Assembly: GCF_020745735.1 (NCBI RefSeq)
Contig: NC_083435.1
Coordinates: 13,547,201-13,611,200, forward strand
Reading direction: 5' to 3'
DNA: 64,000 nucleotides
Source: Hemiscyllium ocellatum
Lineage: Eukaryota
Below are positions 1-11,397 of the stretch, piece after piece. The stretch's first letter is position 1; each line of letters begins with the position of its first letter. The position numbers and the translations under genes are program-made. Below the pieces are notes generated by a model. It had not been told where the DNA came from. It saw nothing but the letters and a program-made list of their open reading frames with translations, and searched no databases.

Positions 1-849
1 GGAAAAATTTGATTTGATTTATTGTTGTCATATGTGCCTAAGTACAGTAAAACGTTTTGTTTTGTGACCAGTACAGGCAGGTCATAGCAAACAAGGACAA
101 ACACATTATGGGGTGCTTAGATAGAGTGAGGTATACAAGGTTACAGTTGCAATGCAAGATCAGCTTTAGCAATCTTAACATTATTTGAAATTAGAGTGGT
201 CCATTCAACAGTCTAAAACAGCGTGGAAGAATCTGTTCTTGAATCTGTTAGTGACTGTATTCAAGCTTCTGTATCTTTTGCATGACGGAAGTGGTTGGAA
301 GAGAGCATTACCATTTCTCTATGTAATCTTTATGTGAAAGTTAATTTGTAGCAAAGTCTATTTAAATGTGTAAATGTATATTCTTGTAGACGTTTATTGG
401 TCAACAGTATGCACCAATTGGCTGCATAAGGATATCTCTTTCCCTCACTCCTTTAAAACATTGTACAACTTACGTATTCCGTCTTTACACATAGTTTTGA
501 AGTTAGAAATAACTTTTAGATCATATAATTCATCACCAAAGTTCATAAACTCGTTCATGCACCCACAGTTACGGCGATAAAATCATCACCTAACAGACAG
601 CGCCTAAAATCAAATAGTCACGTGTCTGTTTCAATGAGGAGCATAAAGAGCAAGACCGTCGGAAGTTCAGAGGAGCAGAGGAGTAGCCGAATCCTGGTGT
701 GCTTGTCCATGACTTCCAGCAAGAGCACTATATCTTCAAATTCCATCTCTATGTAATGACTTACAATATTTAATTTCCTTTCCTAATTTATTGCTGTACT
801 TGCATCCCAACATTATGTGACTTGCGCAGGATACACAATATTCCTGCAC

Positions 850-1780
850 CACCAGGTTTTGCAATCTCTTTCCATTTTAGTAATATACACCTTTTCTATT
901 CTTCCCACCAACTTATAAATTCACAGTTTCTAATATTATATTGCATCTGTCAGATTGTTGCCCATTGTAATATCACTTTGTAGACTCTTTATTTCTCTTG
1001 ACAAATTACAGCACTCCTATTTTGGTGTAATTGGGAATTTTACAGATCACATTTCCAGTCCTCCGATTAAATAGATTCTAAATAGTCTAAATTTCATATG
1101 ACTAGACATTAGTTTGATTTTTCTAATCTTATTTATTTCCTCATTGCAGCTTGGATTCACAATTAGCTTTGTATCATCAGAAAACTATTTTTAAGTCTTT
1201 TCACCCAAGTCATTAATTTAGATTGCAAATAGGTAAGGTTGTAACATTGATATTGGTGCTACTTCTCTAATAAAAGGTTACTGGTCAGGATATGCCACAT
1301 TTATGCCTGCTTTCTATGACCTGCCTATCAACTTACCATTACTCACATAAATATGTGTCTCCCACCCCATGAAAGCCTATGCTGTGTAATAGATTTATAT
1401 GTGGCACCTTATCAAATGTGTTTTACGAATTCACGACCTCTCTGGTTGACCAGTATCCTTTTATTTACCCTATTAGTGGTGTCCTCAAAAAATGGCTAAG
1501 AAATTTACTAGATAAGATTTCATTTTCATAAAATGCATGTCAACTCCGACTGAGTATTAAAATATATTGTTCACGACTCCCTAATACTAAGTATTAAACC
1601 GATGACTGGTGTCAGGTTAATTTGTCAGTAAGCCCACGTTTCATGACTTCCTCCTTTCTTGAGTTACGGTTTGCAATTACCCTCTTCCTATTCAGTGGGA
1701 TCGTTATAGGTTTAATGGAATTTTGGAAGGTCACAACCATTTCACGTCTTATTCCTGCCTCTTTTGGAATTCGAAGATTT
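850..1780 (-). mobile_element. Old CR1 reverse-transcriptase relic (ends approximate)
   Basis: Degenerate nucleotide matches to the LF.IYINDL and FDKVPH regions also seen in the younger CR1 copies in this window. Confidence 0.55.
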
Positions 1781-1984
1781 CACGAGATTTCCTAGTTCTT
1801 TCGCTGGTATGTTTCTCTATTGATAGGATTTACATTCCATCATACATGAGTCAATGGTTCCTCTTTTTAAAAAGATGCTTTAGTTTAAAAATATTTCACA
1901 AAATTTGTTTAACATTTCTGCTATACCCTTGTTCCCCATTAGTATAATTGTGAAATCTATTGGAATTTTTTTCTTATTACAAGG

Positions 1985-2320
1985 GTGGTTAAATACAGAA
2001 GTATGTAGATTATATTTCAGTTACACAAGGTATTAATGAAACCACATCTGAAATATCGTGTTTAGAATTTGTCTTCCTTTTTAAGGATGGATGCAGACAT
2101 GGTGGGAACATGCAGAGAAGGGTTCCTAGACTAATACTTTGACAGAGTTGATTGTCTTATGAGAAAAGGTTGGGAAGTCAAGGCTTGCATCGATGGGTTT
2201 AGAAAAGTAAGGGGGGACTTGACTAAAACATGCAATGATGGATCCTGAGAGAGTCCGTACAGACCAGATATAATGTGGTGATATAATGCAAAGCCAATGA
2301 GCGGTGTGGGGCTCAGTTAA
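1985..2320 (+). mobile_element. CR1 3' fragment
   Basis: Degenerate RPHLEYCVQFW...QRR...SYEERL segment. Confidence 0.6.
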
Positions 2321-3109
2321 GACTCCTGCAGGTGCTTTGGTTTCCTGCCACTCTCCAAAGGTGTGCTTTTTATGTGGATTGGCCATGCTAAACTATATGT
2401 AGTGTCCAGGAATTTGCAGCTTGTGTAGAAAAGCCATAGTAAATACGGCGTTCGAGGAATAGAGTAGTGGTTCATTCTAGCTTCAGAGGATTGGTGTTGG
2501 CTCGATGAACCAAATACTGTCTTCTGCAATGAAGGGATTCTATATGATTCTAAAACTAAGAATTTCTGTCAAAGAAAAGTGGAGTTGCTCACTTAAGCAG
2601 AAATGCAGAAAATTCATTTCTAATAGAGGGTTGTTGGAACTCAGGAAATGATGAAGAGCTTATCTTCAAAACGTCGATTCTCTTGCTCCTCAGATACTGC
2701 CTGACTGACTGTGATTTTCCAGCACCACACACTTGACTCTTTGGAACTCTTGCCTCAATGCCAATGAGGAAAGGCTTTGAATATCTTTACAGCAGATATT
2801 GATAAGCAAAGGAATGGTTATGGAATTACGTAGGAACGTACAGTAATCAGATTAGTCATGACCTTATTCATTGCGGATAAGAGGGGCATGAGGGGCCCAA
2901 TGACCTACTTCGTTTCCTATGTTTATATGATTTCTCTCTTCTCAGTGTTTAATGGATCAAAGATTGCTTTTGTCCATTATATATACGACATATTTTCATG
3001 TCTTGTTACTTCTATTTTGATAATTTTACCATTTTCTATGCATTTATGGGATGAGGGCGTCATTGGCTACACCAGCATTTTTTACCCTTGGAGCAGTTAA
3101 CTTTCAAAT

Positions 3110-3560
3110 ACATTGCTATTGGTCTGGAATCACATGTAGGCTATAGCAGGTTGGGATTCGCTACCCCAAAGTGCGGTGGATGCTGGGACAGTGAGTAAAT
3201 TTAAGGAGGAGTAAGACAGATTTTTAATTGGCAATGGATTGAAGAGGTATGGAGAGAAGGCAGAAAAATGCAGGTAAGGAGCATATCAGCCATGATTGAG
3301 TGGTGGAGCGAATTTGACGGACCAAATAGTCTAATTCTGCTGCCATATTTTATGAACTTATGGATGACAGTTTCCTTCCCTCAAAGCCATTAGTTACCCA
3401 AATCAATTGTTCCGGCAATTGCCAATAGTTTCATGGACTCCACTCTTAGTTCCAGAAGTTTTATTGAATTCAAATGTCAGCATCTGCAATCACAAGATTT
3501 GTACCTTGGTCCTCACAACGTTACCTGGGTTTCTGGATTAACTAAGCCATCACTTTCCAT
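3110..3560 (-). mobile_element. DeuSINE-like relic interrupted by a CR1 3' tail (about 3145-3360)
   Basis: gacagtttccttccc...aagccattagt and ttttattgaattcaaat blocks; a similar relic lies at about 24260-24470. Family assignment is from recall. Confidence 0.45.
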
Positions 3561-4760
3561 AACTGGATTGTAAAACTCCACCAAAACACAAACTTACTGT
3601 TATTCTTCACCACTACCTTGCTGTTATTAAAGTGGAATTGTCCAGTAAGAACAGCCAATTGCAAGCTTTCCGGCTAAGAAAATGCATTGTGCTGTAAGCA
3701 GTAGAATGTTCATTTGTCTCATTCTTAACTACAGAAATAGATATTTGCCTAAGTTCAAATTGTATTTACAATTATTATCCAGCCTTAAACCATAGTCATC
3801 GTTCTTCAGTATCACAAGTCTGTGAGTTGAAGTCCCATTCCAGAGAGTGCAGAATGTAATCTTGACTGATGCTCACACTGCAGTATGATATGATACCAAA
3901 CGTGCCATCTTTGGAATGAAACATCACCAGTCCTTTCAGTTATACAAAAACAAAACGTCATTCAGCATTATTTCAAAGATTGACATTTTTTCTTATGGAA
4001 TTTGGATAAGGCCAGCATCAGTTGCACTTGATGAACATTTCCTGAGGACAATGAAGAATTAAACATCTTGCTGTGGTTGTTAGGAGACCATTAATTTCGT
4101 TTTACAACTGATGCAATGCAATGAACATAAGTACTGAATTTCTGCAATTCCAAAGTTCTAAACTGGATTTAAATTCCCCAGCTCCGAACATGGGATAAAA
4201 ACTCAGGATTAATGTTGATGCCAGCTCCCACCACTCTACACTACCCCATCCCAAGTCCAGTAGACATCATCACCAAATCTTCTAACATTTTCAAAGGATC
4301 GTATCCACTCAATGCCTGATTCGAATACTAGAAAAATGATTGCAGTGTTGCCTGCACTCCACAGTGAATGCAGGCTGGTATACATATTAAACAAGGGGTG
4401 GGGCGAGCGGAAAGGAATATACAATAAGTGAAGATATATAAAGAGAAAACGTTTGTGATTGAAGATGCTGGCATTTGAATTCAATGAAACTTCTGGAATT
4501 AAGAATGGGTGAATTTGAGCCTGGGAGAATGAATTTCTGCTAATGGGGACAATTCATAAATGTCAATGGGTTGTTTATGGTAGCAGCCAATGTGATGGCA
4601 AGGTCTGGTGTTTGGGTTTGGGATAAGGACATGGGAGAATTTGCTCAGGCACTAAAATTATTGAACTTGATGTGGAGTCCCGAAAGGCAGCAGGGTTCCC
4701 AAAGTGAAAATGGGCTGTTTTACTTCCAGTTTGCACCGAACTTCATTGGAGCACGGCAGC

Positions 4761-4806
4761 GAGACAGAGACAGAGACAGAGACAGAGACAGAGACAGAGA
4801 CAGAGA
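4761..4806 (+). repeat. (GAGACA)n hexanucleotide microsatellite
   Basis: Seven perfect units plus a partial unit; it explains the RDRDRD and VSVSVS low-complexity ORFs. Confidence 0.95.
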
Positions 4807-6214
4807 TGTTGGCCAGGGAACACAGTGATCTGTTGAAATGACAGGCAACTGGAAGCTCTGAGTCATTTTTGCGGCCAGAACATATCATCCAGTCTCTGCT
4901 TCCTCTCCACATTATAGGGGAGACCACACTATGAGCGGTGAATACAATAGACTTTAATACCTATTCAGCGTTAATAGAAATATAAGCACTTAAACCAATT
5001 TCCCTTCAGTACTTGTGCGCACTGTCTGTTTGGGAAACATTAGACTCGTCTCTATACACCCGATATCCCATAGCAGAAGAAACTGCTGTCTTTAACTACT
5101 AACACCAGTATTTTCAAGTTAACTGCAGCACATTAACAAAATGCAGAGCTTCTCCGTCGTATTTATGGAAACATGTTCTCAGTTCAGAAAACAGAGTCAC
5201 TGCAAATTCACCTCAATGAAATATCAGTTGAATAATTTGCGCAGTAGGTGTTCGCTAAATGCAGATCCTCATTTCATGTTGCTCTAGTTATTTCTAAACT
5301 TTTCTCAACCCCCACAATCTGAAGCTCCACAAACAACTAATAAAGGCGTTCCACATTTCCCTGTAGGACTGCTACATCCGCTTTCTGAAGCTTTTGAATT
5401 GACTCCACGGAAGATGATTGGTTTGCAAACGAGCCACAGGTAACAGCTTGCAGCACAATAGTTCAAAGGTGGAATGGGGAAAGAGAGAAGGGGAGGAGAA
5501 GGGACAGAACATTCCAGACAAGATATCCATTGAAGTTGTATGTTATTAATACCTCTGCAGCTTTGAATTCATTTTGTTACTAATTCTTCAGTAATTATTT
5601 ATGTGCCTCTAACCTCAACTAATATGATTGGCATAAGTGAAAACAACTGAGGCAGAAAGTTACCTATCCCACTTCAGAATTGTTAACATGTAAGTATCAG
5701 CGTATGGTGAGTTATGTTCAGTTTATTTAATTGGGCAGAAGTTCTATTATTAAATTATTTTTATTTTAAATTGATAAAATGCATGAAAAATGAACGTTGT
5801 AAGAAACATGTCCATTGTATATTAATTCATAACTTGTAGAAACAAAGCAACAAAAATGAAAAAAGGCTTTGCAAGATTTCTAGCAGATATTTCGATATCA
5901 TTTTATTTATTTTCAGTATGGCAAATTCTAACTAGGGAAAGTTACCTCAAGTATAAAAACAAATTTTATCATATGTGAAATAAGAGTTTTAGGTTGGCTA
6001 AGTAGACTGGAATAGAGCAAATCCACAGAAGTTAAAATATGCCTTTTTGTACACGAGTGCTGATTGTGCCGAAGCAGAAAATCGACAAAGGACTGAAAAT
6101 GGTTAGGTAGGAGGCAGTGGACACAGGGGAGGAATCATTTCAGTAGTGTTTATTTAATGTTGTGTCCCTATTTACAAGCACAGACATTACAATAATTAAT
6201 TATTGATAGTCGCA

Positions 6215-6677
6215 GGTAGATTGGATAGTGAAGAAGACGTTTGGTATGCTTTCCTTTATTGGGCAGAGTATTGAGTACAAGAGTTGGGAGGTCATGTTGC
6301 GGCTGTGCAGGACATTAATTAGGCCACGTTTGGAATATTGCGTGCAATTCTGGTCTTCTTCCTATCGGAAAGATGTTGTGAAACTTAAAAGGGTTCAGAA
6401 AGATTTACAGGGATATTGCCAGAGTTGGAGAATTTGAGCCAAAGGGAGACGTTGAATAGGCTGGGGCTGTTTTACCTGGATCAATGGAGGCTGATGGGTG
6501 ACTTAATACAGGTTTATAAAATCATGAGAGGCATGAATAGGGTAAACAGACAAGGTCTTTTCTTTGTGATAGGAGAATCCAGAACTAGAGGGTGTAGGTT
6601 TAGTGTGAGAGGGGAAGATATAGAAGAGACCTAAGGGGCAACTTTTTCACGAGGATGGTGGTGGTGGTGGTGGTGGT

Positions 6678-6717
<40 letters not shown>

Positions 6718-6900
6718 GTGTTGCCAGAGGAAGTGGTGGTTGTTGGTACAATTACAACATTTAAAAGGAATCTGGATGGGTTTGGAGGAATATGGGTCAG
6801 GTGTTGCCAAGTAGGACTAGATTTGCTTGGGATATCTGGTTGGCAAAAACGAGTTAGTACAGAGGGTCTGTTTCCGTGCTGTACATCTCTATGACTCTAA
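6215..6900 (+). mobile_element. CR1 3' fragment with an internal (GGT)n(GT)n tract
   Basis: LIRPRLEYCVQFWS and LNRLGLF...GDLIQVYKIMRG; tail catctctatgactcta; microsatellite at about 6655-6712. Confidence 0.9.
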
Positions 6901-8797
6901 GACAATGAAAGCATTTATCAGTGACAAATGTGAGAATCCGTACCCACTTATTTAACAGAGTCAGTTTTGGTTCAGAATTGGAATACAATGCCTGATTAAA
7001 CTTCCTGAACAATCGGAGGTAACGAGGGACCAACAGGTTGATGAGAAACTCTATTATAAGAACATATCTTATAAGGAGGAGCATTTTTTAGCACCATGGC
7101 TGATTATGTTATGGTCTTCTCTCCACTTCTCCATGTGCACTCTATAAACTTTGAGTAGAAATCTACCTACTTCACCATTGAATAAATGAAAATTTCTATT
7201 GCATTCTGGGAAAGTGATTCCGCCCCTAAACAAACTCGTGAAAGAATATATTCCTCTGCATTTTAGATAAAGCCCAATTGCTTGGCACACTCACCCATCA
7301 TCTACACTCCCTTTCTCCACCAGTGCATATTGGCAGATTTCTTTGCCATCTACGAGATATACTTCAGTAACTCAGAAACTCATCTATGCTACTTCAATAG
7401 CAACTTTCAAACCTGATAAATTTGTGCTTAGTTAAACGAGGACAGCAGTTGCATGGGAACATCACTATTTCTCCTCCAAGTCACACAACATCTTTAATTG
7501 CAACTACATTGTCGTTCCTTCACTGTTACGTGATTAAAATCAAGAACTTGATCTCTAACAGTGCAGTCAATGTCCTCGATATGCAGCAGTTAAGGAAGGC
7601 TGCTCATAACCATCTTCTCAAGGGCAATTAGGAGTGGTAAATAAATGTGGACTCAGACAGCAATGTTTTCATCAATTGAAAGAATAGGGGAACCTGTAAT
7701 TCATAAACCATGTCCCCTAGTTTTAGACTCCTCCACAAGCAGAAACATCTTCTCAAATATGCACCTACGCGATCCCAACAGACTGTATATATTTCAATAA
7801 AATGACTTTTCATTCTTCCAATTTCCATTGGGTATAGACGTAACCAGTTCTAACACACATCATAGCATAAGACTTCCATCTCGAGTAAACTGAGTGAACA
7901 TTCTTTGAAATCCTTGAAAACAAACATCACCTCGTCTTCTAAATACCAAGATCAAAATTATATTTTTAAATAAAACTAGTTATGGTCTTTGTTTTCATTT
8001 GATTTCAAGCAAACTTTGATGAAACCTAACACGAAAATATAATAGTTTGATGCCAAAAATGATTCGATTCAGGTAAAATCCTGATTTGGGTATTTGTGAG
8101 AGATGTTTATGCTGTAGCTTAGAAGTAAAACTGGCTCCGGAATATGACCATGCACGATAGGCTAATTGATCTCTTTCTGATTCCATGTTGTGACACTTTC
8201 AGAGAGAAAAACGTATTCACCATAGTTATTAATCAAAACACTTAATTCACTGAGGAGTTTCTAAATGCAATTGAGCATGCTCGTTTTCATTTTAATTGTC
8301 TGGATACTTGCCACTTCAGTGAATTATTACAAAACCTGCTTATTATAATGATGAAACATTCATAGCAGCGATATAATTGTCTGTTTTGTTCACATTTTGT
8401 GGTTCATCACGGTTGTCAAAACGAAACGGGGTTTTTTTGTGGTCTATTTTCCTTTCCGATTTCTCAGGGATTTCTTTTAAATCCTGAGTTTCAAATTAAA
8501 CAGTCATAGGAACAAACATGTATGCATCCTGTATATGTAACAAGTCTTAATATTCTTGTCAGTAAGATAGTTAAAGAGCTAACAAATATCTTCAGAATTA
8601 AGAATGTGAGGGCATCTCACTGATATTAATCAGTATGTAGGATCATGCTGTGATGTCCGTGTTGAGATAGTAAGCAATTATCAGTGACTTAGGGAAGTTT
8701 TATTGTATAACAGTTGTACTTTGATATTCCATTAAATATCACGATTGAATGTGGGATTAACAAAATATTGTTGTGATTCCTAGATCGCTGAGAAGCA

Positions 8798-8840
8798 ATG
8801 AATACCATTGATCTGCTCTGGACCTCCACACTATTGTTGA
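8798..8840 (+). CDS. NCR3: Gene A (NKp30/NCR3-like) exon: signal peptide MNTIDLLWTSTLLL
   Basis: ATG at 8798 opens 14 mostly hydrophobic codons plus 1 nt, then donor GTAAGC at 8841 (phase 1). It splices in frame to 9017, giving ...LLL-I-TAASKIIVHQEP. An acceptor (ttgtgattcctag) ends at 8783, implying an upstream non-coding exon. Confidence 0.85.
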
Positions 8841-9016
8841 GTAAGCTGTTTACTTTTTTTTCTTCATGTAGTTACTACATAGTAGAGCAAACTTAAGTAG
8901 CTGCTGAGGCATATGGCAAGAAAAAAACACATGATGAACTTAGCTATTGTAGCAGTCCATAGAGGTAATACTTACCTCAGTTTGTACATACACTACAATG
9001 AGAATTCATCTTACAG

Positions 9017-9367
9017 TCACAGCTGCCAGCAAGATCATAGTGCATCAAGAACCTCTCTACATTGAAGCTACCGAGGGAGAAACAGCTCACTTTCTCTGCA
9101 CCTACAATGCATCTCACGATCAAATGATTGGAGCGTTCTCCTGGCACAAAGACATTAAAAATGGAAGAGAAGATACCAAAGTAACCAATAAATCCGCAAG
9201 ATTCTTGGGTAGGATTTTAGAGGTGGACCGACCCTCTTTCAAAACCAATCGAAATGCTTCCATCGCAATTACGAATCTGAAACAGGATGATTCGGGCACA
9301 TATTACTGTCAGGTAATATTGTTCTTTGAGGAAAAGTTTGGACCAGGAACAGTGTTAACAGTTAAAC
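9017..9367 (+). CDS. NCR3: Gene A exon: Ig V-set domain, NKp30/NCR3-like
   Basis: 351-nt phase 1-1 exon (acceptor ttcatcttacag, donor GTAAGT at 9368). It has the B-strand Cys, C-strand Trp, DDSGTYYC and FGPGTVLTV. CTYNASHDQMIGAFSWHKD, VTNKSARFLGRI and SFKTNRNASIAI parallel the recalled human NKp30 segments CSFNASQGRLAIGSVTWFRD, VRNGTPEFRGRL and RFLHDHQAELHI. The symbol means NCR3-like; orthology is not tested. Confidence 0.93.
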
Positions 9368-9516
9368 GTAAGTTTACATGGAGAGAATGAGAGCAATAAT
9401 TAATGTGACAAGCGAGGGCATGACAATGGTTAGAGTTGGGAAGATGAGATAGAAATTGAGCTGGATGTATTAGATAGCTGTATAGTTAGATAGATAAAGA
9501 TAATTCATTGTTATAA

Positions 9517-10637
9517 GAACATGGACATAGAACATAGGACAGTACAGCACAGAACAGGCCCTTCAGCCCACGATGTTGTGCCGACCACTGATCCTCATGT
9601 ATGCACCCTCAAATTTCTGTGACCATATGCATGTCCAGGAGTATCTTAAATGTCCCCAATGGCCCTGCCTCCACAACTGCTGCTGGCAACGCATTCCATG
9701 CTCTCACAGTTCTCTGTGTAAAGAACCCGCCTCTGACTTCCCCTCTATACTTTCCACCAACCAGCTTAAAACTATGACCCCTCGTGTTAGTCATTTCTGC
9801 CCTGGGAAATAGTCTCTGCTATCGACTCTATCTATGCCTCTCATTATCTTGCATTTCTCAATTAGGCACCCTCTTCTACTTTACTCCAATGAAAAAAGTC
9901 TGAGCTCAGTCAACCTCTCCTCATAAGATAAGCCCTCCAGTCCAGGCAGCATCCTGGGAAACCTCCTCTGAACCTGCTCCAAAGCATCCACATCTTTCTT
10001 ATAATAGGGTGACCAGAACTGGATGCTGTATTCCAAGTGCGATCTAACCAAAGTTTTATAGAGCTGCAACAAGATCTCACGACTCTTAAACTCAATACCC
10101 CTGTTAATGAAAGCCAGAACACCACATGCTTTCTTAACAGCCCTGTCCACTTGGGTGACCATTTTGAGGGATCTATGTACCTGCACCCCAAAATCCCTCT
10201 GTTCCTCCACACTGCCAAGAATCCTATCCTTAATCCTGTACTCAGCTTTCAAATTCACTTCGCATTTATCCAGGTTGAACTCCATCTTCCACCTCTCAGC
10301 CCATCTCTGCATCCTGTCAATGTCTCGCTGCAACCCACAATAGCCCTCTATACTGTCAACGACACCTCCAACCTTTGTGTCATCTGCAAACTTGCTGACC
10401 CATTCTTCAATCCCCTCATCCAAGTCATTAATAAAAATTACAAACAACAGAGGCCCAAGGACAGAGGCTTGTGGAACACCACTCACCACAAACTTCCAGG
10501 CAGAATATTTTCCTTCTACTACCACTCGCTGTCATTTGTTGGCCAGCCAATTCTGTATCCAGACAGCTATGTTCCCCTGAATCCCATTCCTCCTGACCTT
10601 CTGAATGAGCCTACCATGGGCAACCTTGTCAATGGCT
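9517..10637 (-). mobile_element. Relatively young 5'-truncated CR1, antisense in gene A intron 2
   Basis: 214-aa RT ORF at 9881-10525 (GVPQASVLGPLLFVIFINDL, KFADDTK, LEYSIQFWSP) plus the 3' UTR and an (agaacat)n-like tail. Confidence 0.95.
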
Positions 10638-11202
10638 ATAGTGGCCCATGTTCTCACATTAGAAAGCTCTTGCAGTATATCTTGCAAACTGTTGCATTTC
10701 ACGAATAATTTGTTGTTCAACATCATAAATTCAAACAGGTGAATGAAGATCTGTATGACATGAGGCACGCAACTGTCATATATTCAATGCAATAGGCTCT
10801 CAGCCGACATGTTAGATGATAAATACAACAAATGCCCTTCCAATATCATGTAGTTAGTTTAATTAACCTGAATAACCATGTCACTACACGCCTCTGGGAC
10901 AGGTAGGCATTGAATCTCGACATTTTTATCAAGAAATAGGAACACTTTCAACTTGCCACAAGAGAACTCTTCGTGGTGGTGACGCGTGCAGAGGGCAGTG
11001 GGGTGGGGGTGGTGGTGGTGGGGGGGAAGAGTCCATTATTGCCATTATTGACAAGCAAAACGAAAGCAAATGTGAGTATTCGAGTCCAAACTAGACGGAA
11101 TGTTTAAAGGAATTGGCAGCAAGCCGAGTGAGCATTGCACTGAACTGCAACAGTGAACTATGGGAAGTAAATGCTGAATTCGAATCTTTTTGTTTTCCGT
11201 AG

Positions 11203-11330
11203 GCAACCAGCCACTTGTGAGCAGCGGAAGGTCTCTGCTTTGGCAGATGATTCTGGTTGGATTGAAACTTGCTGTGTTTTCTGTCATCATCATTCTCACA
11301 ATTTCTTTCATATATTTCTGTGAGTCTTGA
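11203..11330 (+). CDS. NCR3: Gene A exon: short stalk, TM helix with Lys, 3-aa tail and stop
   Basis: Acceptor tttttgttttccgtag; in phase 1 it reads RNQPLVSSGRSLLWQMILVGLKLAVFSVIIILTISFIYFCES* (TGA 11328-11330). An internal donor GTGAGT at 11320 could allow further splicing. Confidence 0.87.
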
Positions 11331-11391
11331 AGATTTCCAATTGGATTTGCTGCAGAGTGAGAAAATTTGATCAACTACCGAAGGGCCCACG

Positions 11392-11397
11392 AATAAA
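11392..11397 (+). terminator. Candidate polyadenylation signal of gene A
   Basis: AATAAA about 60 nt after the stop; ATTAAA and AATAAA also occur near 11570-11605. Confidence 0.35.

Noticed and set aside
470-560. Minus-strand open stretch MNEFMNFGDELYDLKVISNFKTMCKDGI ending at a GTAAGT donor, vaguely like an Ig F-G strand
   Set aside because: Upstream in-frame stops, wrong spacing of the FGxG motif and no recognisable family; it cannot be resolved at the window edge.
3595-3690. Exon-like segment on the minus strand (leader-like MHFLSRK... or TM-like CIFLAGKLAIG...)
   Set aside because: Stops occur before the strong donor in all frames, and no partner exons were found.
4571-4927. ORFs with RDRDRD and VSVSVS repeats
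   Set aside because: These are translation artefacts of the (GAGACA)n microsatellite within LINE debris.
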